Shown one piece after another: positions 51,019 through 64,000 of a DNA stretch of 64,000 nucleotides. Within the stretch, counting starts at the first letter, position 1; each line of letters opens with the position of its first letter. A program made the translations under genes and the position numbers. The stretch covers positions 17,692 to 81,691 of the forward strand of contig NIVC01000704.1 of the NCBI GenBank assembly GCA_002269645.1. Reading direction: 5' to 3'. The notes beneath the pieces were generated by a model that did not search any database, was not told the origin of the DNA, and saw only the letters and a list, made by a program, of their open reading frames with translations. This DNA comes from Macrostomum lignano (taxonomy: Eukaryota).

Positions 51019-51499
51019 ATTGAATAACTTGCAAATGGTAATATATGCTACTTCTTTGTAATGTGTTTTGTATGCCCATTTTGGTAATAGAGTTTGGTAA
51101 GCCAGATTATCTTTTACTAGATTGACTAGATATTAGACAGTAGCATATACTACCTAGTAGTTTGCCATATACAAATGTGATAAAATACAAGATAAGATAA
51201 AACTATAAAAACAAAATTAGAAATATTTGATGGCAACAACAAGCTTGACAATAAGAATGAGATAAACAATAGAAATCAATTTCAATCAATCAAAATAAAT
51301 TTATAAATTAATTATAAATAGATATACAATTATAAGTTTAAACTTTATTGCTTTTATTTTTGTCAGCATCTTTTACTCCTATGTATTTTATTATATAGCA
51401 AATTAGTTACAACAAAGTTAACTAATAAAGTTGACCTAGATAAACCTAGATCTTTAGGCTTATGGGTAATGGTACCTTTATAGGCTTTAATATATATTA

Positions 51500-51642
51500 C
51501 GAGGGGCACTAGATAAGTTTTTAGCTGCGGTTAAACTGTTTATTCAAATGAGGCCATATTTTCTGAGCATATTGAATAAGAAGTTTTATCTTTATAACTG
51601 TTACATGTTGACCGCAGCTAAAAACTTATCTAGTGCCCCTTG
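51500..51642 (+). mobile_element. 143-bp internally deleted mariner at the same site as 24983-26611
   Basis: Both TIRs and TA TSDs kept; matching flanks; deletion junction at AGTTT(T/C)ATC microhomology. Confidence 0.92.
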
Positions 51643-52032
51643 TATGCCTTTATAAAATTCATGGCACCTTTATTTTTATTGTTAAAATTTTAGTCAATTT
51701 CATTTTCAATTTTAAATCCCCCTTTAGTTATATCTATTTTTATCAAAATTTGCTATATCACATGGATATAAAATTCAAATTTAATAATATTAATACAATT
51801 ATTTAAATGGATGGGCTATCTTGCAAAATTGTTTGTAAAACTCACTATATATATACTTTTTTTAGTTATTGATATTAAACTTCCCAAAAATAAATATTTT
51901 CATTATGTTAATATTTTTGGCATTAAAATTTTATTGTGAAGGTTGCAACTCACTTTTACATCAATTTCTAGGTTTTTTCTCATTTTAATTGCAATTAACA
52001 ATTATGCAATTTTAAATTTATGCACTAATTTC

Positions 52033-52451
52033 TAGTGGTTGGACGTGATCACAATTGTAATCACAATTTTGTGAATTCACGACCATTTTTTCACGATTGT
52101 TATTTCCTTGAAACCTGTTCATGACAGTTGTGAATTTCTGCTTTATAACATTTTTATTAAAAGTATAACTTTTCTACTTGGTTTACCAAAATATGTAAAC
52201 AGTAAACACAAATGTGTAAAAGAGTAATAAATTTTAAATTTGTTGACTTGACAACATTACTGAGTAGCTATTATCAATTTATAAATATTTCTTTTCTTGT
52301 TTTGTTATTTTCAACACTTGTAACTTATGAGCTCAAAATATGTGTATGTATGTTTACAAAATATGTAAATTCACGATCACAATCACGCCCAACTTTGAAA
52401 ATTGCACAAAATTTCATGCCTGACCAAAATTTTCTGCTCATCCAACCTCTA
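52033..52451. mobile_element. hAT-type MITE, right arm only
   Basis: TAG(T/A)GGTTGGA TIRs; TSD CTAATTTC; empty site 13314-13321. Confidence 0.85.
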
Positions 52452-53510
52452 CTAATTTCACTGGCAAAATAGTGCCAAAATTAGTTATAAACCCTGGGCT
52501 TTAAAGAGGGTTTCGAGGTTAGAAATATTTTGATGCTAAGCTGCAAATATAGCAAATAAAGTGCTTTCCACTCAAAAATAGCTAGCAGACAACCTTCTAC
52601 CCTAATATGGATTCAATTTCAATTAATCTCAATCTCAATGAAGGATTAACAATGGAATTTTGATGCCAAAACATTTCTAAAATATTGGCATAATAAAAAT
52701 ATTCATTTTTGACAAGTTCAATGTCAATAGCTAAAAAATGTGTATATAGTGAGTTTAACAAATGATTCTACAAGATAGCCAATAAATGTTCTTTTGGTGT
52801 ATTTCTTTTTGGCTTTTTGCAATTATGAATTTTTGTATATTGTTCCTCTACTAAGCATTGGCATTAGTTAATAGCAATATAATTATGAAAAAGCAAAGAT
52901 TTATTTTTTTAAATATAGAAGTAATAGTAAATAATAGACTGTTGTGATCCCAGATAACATTTTTATAAAATAAAATGTTTTAAAAAATCTCTGAAAGAAT
53001 ATAAATAGGAGCCTAGAGCAAGCCAAGAAGAATAACTTACTTGTTAACTTATTGACTTGTTGCTTATGTTATGAGCTAGTAAACTAATAAAGTTGTTTGC
53101 ATATTAAATTGCTATCTACAATGTTAAAGAGACTTGTTTATTTCCTTAAATTAAAAAATGGCAGTTGTTATTATTATGATGATTGTATAAATAACAAAAT
53201 GGCTATTTTTATGGTTAATGCATAAGACACTATCTGGGCCTATGGTTTTTATTTATGTAACCATATGAATAGCAAAACTGTTATTTTTTGGTAGTTACCA
53301 TAGGTAGAAATCAAAATAGTTATTTTTATGGTCGTGTGGAAGAAATTTTAGTTAAATTACAATGTATAGTTAACAATTACCTAGGGTAAGCTACCATGAC
53401 AGAAATCATTAAAAGTTATCATGGTATTTATTAATGACATGTTTCTTTATTTTTTAAATTTAACCATTGTAGTATTTGCACCGCAAGTTCATCACTTTAT
53501 TTAGGTAGTA

Positions 53511-54708
53511 CTAGCAATCTTCACCCCCTGATGAGGGGCATCTAGATAGAATCTTTGGCTCTCTACAAGTATCAAAAAGATGGCCAAATAAAGCCTTCAC
53601 ATAGACAATAGAAAAACTGCTCAAATAAAGTGCAATGCAAAAAGAAAACATACCAGGACAGCAAGCAACCCCCCAGATAGCAAGCACCCCTGCAGATAGC
53701 AAGCATCTCCAGATAGCAAGCACCCCCAGATAGCAAGCATCTCCAGATAGCAAGCACCCCCAGATAGCAGGCACCATAGATAGCAAGCATCCACCTAATA
53801 GCAAGCACCCCAAGATAGCAAGCATCTACCTAATAGCAAGCACCCTTAGATAGCAAGCATCCACCTAATAGCAAGCACCCTTAGATAGCAAGCACCCCCA
53901 GATAGCAAGCATCCCCAGATAGCAAGCATCTCCAAATAGCAAGCACCCTCAGATAGCAGGCATCCCAGATAGCAAGCATCTACCTAATAGCAAGCACCCC
54001 AAGATAGCAAGCATCCACTTAATAGCAAGCACCCTTAGAAAGCAAGCATCCCCAAATAGCAAGCACCCCCAGATAGCAAGCATCTCTAGATGGCAAGCAT
54101 CCAATTGATAGCAAGTATCTATCTTAAATAGCAAGCATCCACCAGACAATAAGTATCTAATGCAACAACTTCCTTAGCTTTATAGTGGCTACTTTATGAT
54201 TGGCATGACACTTCTTTTTACGTTTGTAATTGTCTCAATTATGTTTGAAATGGTGGCTCTTTAATGTTTGATATGGTGGCTCTTTAATGTTTGATATGGT
54301 GGCTCTTTAATGTTTGACATCATGCCAGTTTTATGTTTGACATGGTAGCTGTTTTGTGTTTGACATGGTGGCTCTTTAATGTTTGACCTGGTGGCACCTT
54401 AATGTTTGTAATGATGGCTCTTTAATGTTCGACATGGTGGCTCTTTAATGTTTGACATGGTGGCTCTTTAATGTTTGACATGGTGGCTCTTTAATGTTTG
54501 ATATGGTGGCTCTTTAATGTTTGACATGGTGGGCCTTTAATGTTTGACATGGTGGCTCTTTAATGTTAGACATGGAATCACATTTATGTTTGACATGGTG
54601 GCCTTTAATGTTTGAAATGGTGTCACTTCTGTTTGACATTGTGGTTTTTTATGTTTAGCATTTTGTTTTTAAGATGTTTTAATTAAAAAATTATTTTGCA
54701 CTACTAAG
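53511..54708 (-). mobile_element. 5'-deleted counterpart of Helitron 1
   Basis: Same 3' flank CTAG|TACTACCTAAAT; 18-bp and 23-bp arrays; truncated at the end of the tRNA-like motif. Confidence 0.85.
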
Positions 54709-55996
54709 TCTATTGATAAATTATCAGGAAAGATCTACAAAAGATCTACAACAAAGTTCGGTAAATACACCTTATTATTTGGTTGTAACTATTTATTGGT
54801 ATCTCAGTCGGTCAACGTTAATCCTACTACCATGACTCATTTAGCTTATAGCTGCGAAGGCTAATGTAGCAGGTAGCTCACTAGCTGCGCATGATCGATA
54901 GCGCTACTGGATGCATGCGCCTAAAAAATGAATTGATTAAGCATATTTAAATAAAGCGTTAACTTAAACATAAACAACTTTTTTTAATTATGACGCATCC
55001 TTAATGTAAAAAATATGCTGCTTCTTTTAAAATGTATGTTTTTTATTGTAATTAGGTCTAGGCATATTTACTTTTATTTTTTTGCACACGGTACTGACTG
55101 TTGACTACTGTTACAAGATTAATTTGAGCTCACGGGAATACCATGGATTGTTCATAGATTAACCACGTGAAAACCCTGGATGATTCGTAGATTTACCGCG
55201 TGAAAACCATATTTCCTTTTTCGATCACGGTAGTATACCATTCATGTAAGTAGTTCTATAACTTCTCTTTATTTTTAATAACTGTGTAATATCTAAGTCT
55301 AAGTCTAAGATATTTCTTTTGTTAGTAGAACAGTGTATTCATTTTTTCAAATAATAACTAGGCCTTATATAATAACATTATTAAAAATTAAAATAGCAAG
55401 GTCCTTACTTAGCTGCAGGGCGGTCCGAAGAAAACAGCAAGGTCCAATGTCAGTAAGAAAGGTAGGCCTTTTAGCTTAGAAAAAGCTTTAGCTTTTAGCT
55501 TGCTTTTAAATGTGCTATGTTAGGCATAATAAAAAAATGAAAATGTATCTCTAAATAATACTTCTAGTGGGGCAAATTTTATATTATTCTTTTATCTTTT
55601 ATTAAGCCTAAAAATTCATAATCTACACCCCTATAGGCTACAGCAATACCAATGGGCATAGGTTAGGCCCCTATTAACATTTAAGTATTTTTGCGAAGGT
55701 GTCCTTTTATATTGATTTATTTGAAGCCTGATCTCTCATATTATATTTTATTGAGTAATTATTTTTTGGTTGATACTAAGGACAGGTTAAGTATTTTTAA
55801 TAAGCTATATTACATATATATTACATACCTATAAAAATAGGGCCTAGTAGCCAATTTGATAATAGCCATTTTATTTAGTTTCTAATTAGAAGAGGCAATT
55901 ATTCTATATATTATTTCTATTATTAGGAATCATAAAATAGTCTATATAGACTAGCAATGACTATCTATTAGTCTTAGACCCTGTGCCAGCATCTGT

Positions 55997-56031
<35 letters not shown>

Positions 56032-58095
56032 TAGTCTTAGAAATCTAACCCTAGTTTAATCTAATTCCCAATGGGTTATTCAGTGGACTTGAAAGGCATG
56101 GCCATTAGCATTATTGCACTGAGTGCAAACTAAATAGTTTCTATACATGGGCAGCAGGAGCTTGTAGCACCAGGGGCATGTGCCCCCCAGAATATGAGTC
56201 CATGCAATATATTTTAGTGCTTTTTCTATTTTTGGCCCTTATTAGCAGTTACAAAGGTACCTATGCCCCCCTTGCCCTGTGCCTGGTCCCCCCTCAAAAA
56301 TATTAGGCTCTGCTGCCCCTGCTGCTGTAGGATATTATATGCCTGAATACAGATTTCTTATTCCTATTTATTAGACCTTTAATTGTAAGCAGTCTAGATT
56401 CTTCTCATACCTTGGTGGCCCTGATATATTAGCTATAAGCTCTAGTATTATAGATCTATCAAGCAGAAAAAATTGGCTCAATAGTTTATTTATCTTATAG
56501 CTTATATGCTTCTTCATTCAGCCCCCTAAGAACTAGGTTGTTTTTGTCTACCATGATATCAGTTGACATGCAGTGTTGCTTCTACATTTGTTTCCTTATT
56601 GGAAGCTACTTTGATATTGCCTAGGCTACTTGTTGCTATACAATTTGGTATGTTCTTGCCAACTCAAGAGTTTCTACTAGGCTAATATTAAAGATATTTA
56701 GGAGCCTCTTGCATGAGGAGTTGTTGCAGCAAGTAAGTGGCCATTGTTTGACTAGCACAGGCCTTGTATCTGGTAGGCTTCAAAGGCACTCCATAGCATG
56801 CTGTGTTAGATGTCAATAATGGCACTAGTAGAACTAGTAATAAATAGATCACATTGTCTTAATATTAAGCTGAACTGCTCTATTAAGCTGAACAACTGTG
56901 GCCATAGCCTTGCCTTCTATTGATAGCCTTGCTATAGTGCCAACTGCATTATTGAAGTCATTTATGCTTGTAATTCTTTGCTCTTTGCTAGCAATATAAA
57001 AGAGTACTCTGTTTTATGTTTAATTTGTAATGCTTATAGCTAGCAAATAATGCAGAAGGATTGTTGACCACTCTGGCCAACAGTTGCTAACTAAGTGAGG
57101 GTCATCTCTAATGTTAAAAGTTCCTGGGGAAGGCAGTTAAAGATAGGCCATTGTACATTTTTATATAATTCCAATGTAATATTGAAAAGGGGAGACTTAC
57201 AATTGACTGCTACAATTTGATTGCCAAAATTTAATCTTTAAATAATTTGACTGCTAGCAATTTCACCATTGCTATATTTCATCTTGTGTAAGTAGAGCAG
57301 CAGTCAAATTGTCTAGCAATGAAATAGTTAGGCAATAAAACTGTTGGTAGTCAAATTATGGCAGTCAATTGTCATAGATCCATTGAGTAGTTTGCCATGC
57401 AATGTCTAAACTTATGTGGCAATAAGCTTGGCCCTCTGGCCAGGGCAATTGGCTTTTATATATATTTTGGTACCAGTGTGCAGCATGCATTAGCCCTATA
57501 GCTTGAGATATTACATATTCAGCTAGATTGCACATGAAATGATTGCATTGAATATTGGAAACAATATTGCCAAAGGCCTGGTGCAATGCATAATAGTTTC
57601 ATTTTTTGGTATTAATAAAAATTGGACTTTTAATTTTGAACTTGGACTTGGCCCAAGGTTGTTTCAAGATTCTTGCTCTGTTGCATAGCCTTGGCAACTA
57701 TATGCTCATTATATACTTTGTTAGAATCAATAGTTACAATAGCTAAATTGACTTAGAGGAGCTCTATATTAGTGTGATTGGGGAACGGTGGAGCATGTAA
57801 GGGAAAATCCTAGACTTTTTTTTTCTCCAAATTTTCAAAGCATATAGCTTATATATTATATAGCTATTTGTATAGCATAGTATCAGAAACATGCAATAGC
57901 CAGCCAACCCAGAAAATCTGGCCATTGTAAAATGTAGAAAGTAAGGTTAAGTTAGAAAATTGATAACTTTTTTGTCAATATTAAACAAATTTTGACAAAG
58001 TCTTGACCAATTTAATAAAAGTTGATTTAACAAAAGTTGCATTTCTATGAAATCTTATTGACTATCCATATTATCTTATTTCAACAATCTATCAG

Positions 58096-58640
58096 GTGTT
58101 GCCACAGCTTGAGATATTTGGAACTTGCACTGCTACAGCTTCAAACAATGTCATTCAGGCAGCAGCACCACCCACTAAGGTTTCAACTATGGCCCAGCCC
58201 AATACAGTACCACAACAGGGCCTCTTTCCAAACCTGGATGTATTTAAGAATTGTCAGCTTCAGTCGCAAGACAAACTGCAGCATGTACAGCCAAGCCAGC
58301 AGTTTGTGCAGCCAAATTTGTGGTTAGACCAGTCACCACCTCAACAACAAGGCCCACCACAGTGTGCTCAGAATGACCAGCAGCCCTCTGGCCCAGTCGA
58401 ACCGGCTTTTGTGTTTGGTGAAAATATTCCACTCTTCAGCAGCGATTTCTTCCTAATCGAAGCGGTACCGTTTGAACAGGAACTCAGCACAATCCTGCAG
58501 ATGTCTCGTGAGTTGGTTCTTTTAATAAAATTTTCCCATAACAACTGCGTCTATAACGCGTATTTTAAATTTAAAGCTGGCCTATGAATATATTTTCAGC
58601 TGCTGTACCAACGCTGCCGGTGTTTACTGATGAAGGATGA
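58096..58640 (+). CDS. Possible Gln/Pro-rich 3' exons (58096-58507, 58600-58640) of an unidentified gene
   Basis: Open frame bounded by TATCAG| acceptor and |GTGAGT donor; next TTTTCAG| exon continues in phase to TGA; no homology recognised. Confidence 0.4.
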
Positions 58641-61591
58641 AACGAATTTGCGGAAGGCTTCTACACAGAGTACCCGTTGAATTAGATGAGCTAAACAGAC
58701 TAACTGAATATGCTTATACGAGCGGATTTATCTATTTATTTATCCAGCATCTGCGTTTTATCTTATGTCAACTCTTTTCTTAAGTGCCTACTGGCCACAC
58801 AGTTTAAATTCTTCTTGAACTCGATGAAAGCTAGGTGTTTGTGAGATTATAGCCTGATTGGAGGCCTGTGATTTTTGTATGCCCTGTTTATTACTAACTC
58901 CTATAATTTCTTCAGCTGTAAGTTTTTTTGCTTATCCGATAACAAAATGCCTGAAAGTTTCATGTTTTTCTATGGGGCCATCGTTTGTTCTTTTCTCTTA
59001 GTCCTAATCCTTGACTAATCCTTGGTTATGATTTAATTCGCTAACTTATGTGCACGCGCTTGTGCCGACCAATCTGCGGCCGGCAAAAGCAGTTGGGCTC
59101 TAATCTCAAACCCTATAGGTTTGGAATGTGGCTTGCTTGTGTCAAACATGTGTTGGGGGTGAGCGATGGAGAACAAGCGTGCCTTTTGATCCTATTTCGA
59201 CGACTCAGTCAACAACGAGAAAACGCATTGTAATATAAACCTCTCTGCCCGGTCTGCCTCGCTTCACCGTGATTTGTAGTCACCGGCCTCTGACGGAAAC
59301 AGCTTGAGTTTATCCGGCCGTTTTATTTGCGTGGGAACACTGTCTTTGAGAACATTAAAGCTGTGAGACTTTTTTTTTGTTTTATGAATTATATTAGCTC
59401 GTAGTTACTTTATGTATGGCTACTTCAATTTTTTATGCCTTCACAGATTTTTTTAATAATAGGGCATTTGCGTTAAAATAAATGATCAAAGCTGTTGGCC
59501 ATGAGGTGCTCACCTAACCGTAGGAGCGTATTGCCAGGGCCCGGGGATCCAAGTAAGAGTATAATCAGTGGATTTCGTACGAAACAATTCTGTATGGTTT
59601 TTTATTACGAATGCTTGCAACTACATAGATTTCACATCCAAGTTCCTATAGTAATTCGTATGAATACATCGCGGGCAGTTTTCGAAAGTGCTGCATGAAC
59701 ATTTAGCTAGATCTGCAGTATATGGTATATTAACATGATTTTATCATCAGCCGCTCATTTTTAAGGATGGAGTCGTTTTCTCTAAAGCCAGTAAAGCCAG
59801 TAAACTTCAACTTACAATTTTACAATCCTCTAAATCATGAATCCATTATCTACGAGCGTAGCATTGGAGCCGACGACTTACAATTGTCTTAGTTCCATTA
59901 GGGATGAAAAAAATGGAAACTCGCGTGATCGAGAAGGAAATAGCTAGCTTTCGGGAATAAAAGCTTTTGTATGCGCGTTCAACGAGCTTCAGTGCTTTCG
60001 CAACAACGCGGAAGTGTAAGCGGGATGTGGATGAGTAATCGCGGGGAAGGGAATTAGAGACTTGTGGAAAATAACCTTACAAATCCTGTTGGCCGGAACG
60101 CTGTCGCATCACTACCTGTTATGCAATAGATAGTTTAATTTTCGATGGTTAGATCCGTACATGTGTAGTAAATGTACCAGCAGCATATACTTTGAACCTA
60201 TCATGTACATATGTAGTTCTTTTAGGACTGGCCGCGGACCATCAATTACTATATAAGAAAGCAGAATTAATTACATCCAGAACCGCGTTACACTCGCAAA
60301 TCTTACGAACAAGGACCACTAGAAGTGACCGTTACGAATTACTGCAGTCCAGACTGTTTTTGCTGCAAATTGCATTCAGCAGATACTTAGATTTTCTAAG
60401 CAAATTAAAATTTAATTTATGATAAACATGTGAGATACTGTCAATTTTAGAAATTATAAGCGGTAATCTAATTATAAGACATTAGCCTGAGTATAAGATT
60501 TGTTGTAATGAGTAGGTTGCTTTTTTCAAAACATAATTTGTAAAGAAAGTGGTTTGGTTTGGGTCTCGTTTGAATTTTTCCTAAATGCTGGGCTCGCGTG
60601 TGTACTGCTGTAGTAGGATATAGAGAGTTAGAAAAGTAGGTGTGGTCGCCAATTATTTTTTCTTTCCAAATACTAAAGCTGACGCGATGTTTGTGTGTTG
60701 CAAGTGAACTCCTACAATTCTGCCAAGTCAGCGTTGAATTCTGCCAAGTCAGCGTTGAAACTTATATGGGAAAACTGCAAATTTTCCGGAGCAGGCTTTA
60801 GGCTATTTTAATTTTTAATTTTCACATTTTAACATCCCTAAAAAAGCAGAAAACTGCTTTTTTAACCCCCAATAACCTTCTTTGGCCACTCTGCCTGGGG
60901 CTGCAGCCAGTTTGTAAAAATAGCCACCCCAACCTCCGCCCGCGGGCCGCTGTGTATTGAGGGGTGGTGGGTGCGAGTGGAAATAAAACCCCCCGCGTGT
61001 TGGGGGGGGTTGAGTTAAATTTAATGCTTCCCCCAGAACGGGGGGTTGGGCTTGGGTTGAGTGTACATAGCAGTTGTACAGTGTAAACAGATAGATAGGA
61101 ATCAGGACTATGTCGAGATTCAATTGGTTTTATTATTGGCGCCTTTTTTTCTCCATAGGCATCCCTGTGTATTAGCTTGGCAGTGAAATTCAATGAATTG
61201 CGAGCTTCTCTAGCAAGCAGTCGGGAAATCGGTAAATTTCAAACGCTAACTGTTCCTCGAGTTTTAAACTTTGAGAGGAGAAACTTATATTGCTGGAAAG
61301 ATCTTGCAACGCAGAGTTCGAGGATATAAGTTGTTTGCTTTATATATGAAAACTAAAAGCTTTTCATTGGGAAAACTATTCCCATACTTTTAACTTTTTG
61401 CAAAAATTGTTATCAGTCTTGCGAGACGTAATAGATAAAGTTGGGGGAGGGTTCAACTTCTCACTGCTGCTGTGTATTGGAGGGTTGATTTAGATTGACT
61501 GACTGACTGTGAAATAAGTTGCGCAATGAATTGATTCAATTAGCTCAATATTTTTATCAGTGCCTTTTAACACGAAGCTGTGCGCGTAGTT

Positions 61592-61615
61592 CTAACCCTA
61601 ACCCTAACCCTAACC
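61592..61615. repeat. Interstitial (CCCTAA)4 telomere-like repeat; others at 16236-16257, 20486-20525, 27278-27312
   Basis: Read directly. Confidence 0.9.
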
Positions 61616-61939
61616 AATGAACCAGAGAGTTGTTGTTTGACGGAAAAAATTCGATTGAGTCCAGTTTAGCGGAGACGATTTCAATGTTTTAATTTTGACG
61701 GAGAGGATTTCTGTTTCGTGGAGAGGATTTCGATGGTGTTCAGTTTCACGGAGAGGATTTCTGTTTCGCGGAGATAATTTATGATTGATTTCTGCTTTAT
61801 AGAGACGATTTTCATGGATTTAAGTTTCAAGGAAATGATTTCGAAGGAGTCCAGTTTCACGGAGAGGATTTCGATGGTTTTCAGTTGCACGGACAGGATT
61901 TCTGCTTCGCGGAGAGGATCTTGATGAATTTGGCATCTT

Positions 61940-63000
61940 CAATCAGTCAGAGAAGAAAGTAAAGAGAAGAATGAAAAGAGAAGAGAGATGAGATGATAGA
62001 AAACAGAGTAGAAATGAGTGGAGAGATTAGACATGACAGATGGGAGAGAAGAGGGGAGTAAGGCGGGAACGAAGGAGAGAGAAGAGAAGAGGAGAGAGGA
62101 GATGAAGGGAGAGGATATGAGAGAGGAATTATGAGATAGCAGAGAGGAAACAGGAGAGAGAAGAAAGGAGGGATAAGAGCGTACAGAGGTAATAGAAGAG
62201 AGGAAAGAGAGGTGAGAGGTGAGAGGAGAGAGATGAAAGATCAGAGATCAAAGATTTAAGAGAAGAAAGTAGTGAGGAGAAAGAAGAGGGTAAAGATGAG
62301 AGTGCAGAGAGGAGAGAAACGAGAGGAGACAGGTGGTAGAAAGGAGTGTAAAAAACAGGAGATAAGAAAGGAGAGGGTGAGAGTGAGAGCATATAGGAAA
62401 GTGTAAAAGGGGAGAGAGAATAGATAAGTGAGTAGAGAAGAGATATGAGAGAGGAGAGATTAGAGATTAGAGAAGAGATGAGGGGAAATGAGAGGAGAGA
62501 AGAGGGAATGGAGAGAAGAGAAAAGAGAGGAGAGGAGACAGGTAATGCAGTAGAAAGGGAAGAAAGATGGTAGATAAGAAAGGAGAGGGTGAGAGCGTAT
62601 AAGAGATACGAGAAATAAGAGCAGAGAGAAGAGAGAAAAGGGAAGAGAGAAAGTAGAGCGGAGACGATAGATGAGTGAGTAGAGATGAGATATGAGTGAG
62701 GAGAGAAAAGGGGAGAGATAAGAGAGAAGATAGGAGAGTAGACAGGAGAGGGTACAGACGAAAGACGAGGGAGAAGAGATAAATAAGGGAGTAGAGATGA
62801 GAAAAGAGAGAGAAGAGATAAGCGAGAAGAGTAGGAATAGAGGAGAGAGAGAGAGAAGCGAGAGAAGGGAGAGAGGAGGGAGAAGAGAGATGAAAGATCC
62901 GAGATGAGAGAGATGAAAGTGTAGAGAGGAGTAATTAGTGAGGAGAAAGAAGAGAGTAAAAATAAAAATCAGAGCGCAGGGCGCAAGAGATGAGAGATGG
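61940..63000 (+). repeat. GA-rich low-complexity purine tract
   Basis: About 1 kb dominated by G and A. Confidence 0.9.
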
Positions 63001-63235
63001 GAGTTGATAGATTGTAGAGGATTTGGAGATGATTTGGAAGATGGGATTCAAGTCATGGAATTTCGGCTGATGGGAGTTCTTCCCCTTCAGAATTCCGGTG
63101 ATGGGAGTTCTTCCCCTTTCTCCTCCGAAGGAGGAGTTCCACTCGTTTTTTCCAAAAATAATAAAAGTCAATAACAAATATAGCAACTGAGTAATTTAAG
63201 TTAAGTAGTTAAGTCAAGTAGTTCAATACGCTAAT

Positions 63236-63415
63236 CAGTGGCGCAACCAGGGGGGGGCGGTCGCCCCCCCCTTAGGCGGGGGACCGAAAAAAATCAAAGG
63301 GGGGACCAAGCGAATTTTCGCCAAAAACAGAGCCACCCCTCCGCCGCCCCCCCCCTCCCGGGACTTTACCCTCAGAATCCGCCCCCCCCCTTGAAAAATT
63401 TCTGACCGCAACTGT
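63236..63415. mobile_element. Possible degenerate MITE with G/C-run interior
   Basis: Starts CAGTGGCGCAACCAGGGG; weak inverted match near GACCGCAACTG. Confidence 0.3.
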
Positions 63416-64000
63416 GATAACTACTTAGTTAGTTGGGCGCTTTTTATTAACGAATTGGATAAACCTAAGACTCCAATGCTAAATCACAATACCAATGACT
63501 GCTGTTATTAAGAAGACGCTAAGCTACGCTGTGACTCACGACCCAGTAGCCCAAGTAGCCCGAGTTGACCGTCCAACCGTCCTGGCAGCGCGACGCTCTT
63601 TCCAATTTGAATATATTTCATATAAACTAAATAATAACAAAATAAGTACACAACGTAAAAATATACTACTACAATTACAGAATAAGGGATATGCATGAAA
63701 AATAATATAAATACAATATAAAACTATAAGAAATTCCAAATAAAGTACAAGATTCAAAATTGAGCTATAATTTCATTACACCATTTTAAAATATTCATTT
63801 TCTGCGAAATTTATATTCGCATTCTTATTGCAAGCTTACCATACTAGCCTACTTCAAGTCTACTTCTCGGAGCTAAAGTAATCATTAAATGCCAATGATC
63901 AGCATTGACTTACTTTATAAGAATCAGCTGAATTTAAGAGGCAGGGGGTATGTTTATTGTTGGATATACAGTATTACCAACAAAGTATCGTAATCGTATC

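Larger units (their letters stand above)
5905..64000. repeat. Large interrupted inverted duplication
   Basis: Approximate blocks: 5905-6555/63782-64000, 6556-7630/59462-60534, 8954-9420/54735-55195, 10680-13329/52017-54708, 24616-37536/42426-52016. Confidence 0.95.

Noticed and set aside
56140-57800. Degenerate MITE and transposase-like sequence
   Set aside because: CpG-depleted and stop-rich; no motif or TSD could be verified.
61592-61615. True chromosome end
   Set aside because: Only four units, with ordinary sequence on both sides.

Overview
Repeat-rich eukaryotic DNA, probably a free-living flatworm such as Macrostomum (inference from a flatworm-type spliced-leader 5' motif, TTAGGG repeats and GC-rich exons in an AT-rich background). 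Most of the window is one large interrupted inverted duplication. The left arm (~5905-37536) pairs with the right arm (~42426-64000) around a 747-N gap and a spacer holding only the 3' exons of a phospholipase C-beta gene. Each arm carries PPM1G (PP2C-gamma) and a small uncharacterised CaaX-ending gene. Because each arm shows the empty site of insertions in the other, element boundaries can be read directly. These include an 11.3-kb head-to-tail train of non-autonomous Helitrons with tRNA-like motifs and interchangeable satellite arrays, Tc1/mariner relics, several 8-bp-TSD MITEs, a long-TIR foldback element and a truncated RTE LINE. The most unusual feature is a 1.3-kb left-arm-only element that starts exactly with the 5' stem-loop of the flatworm spliced leader and ends in an (AAC)n tail. 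The palindrome could be real, or two haplotypes/homeologs joined across the gap.
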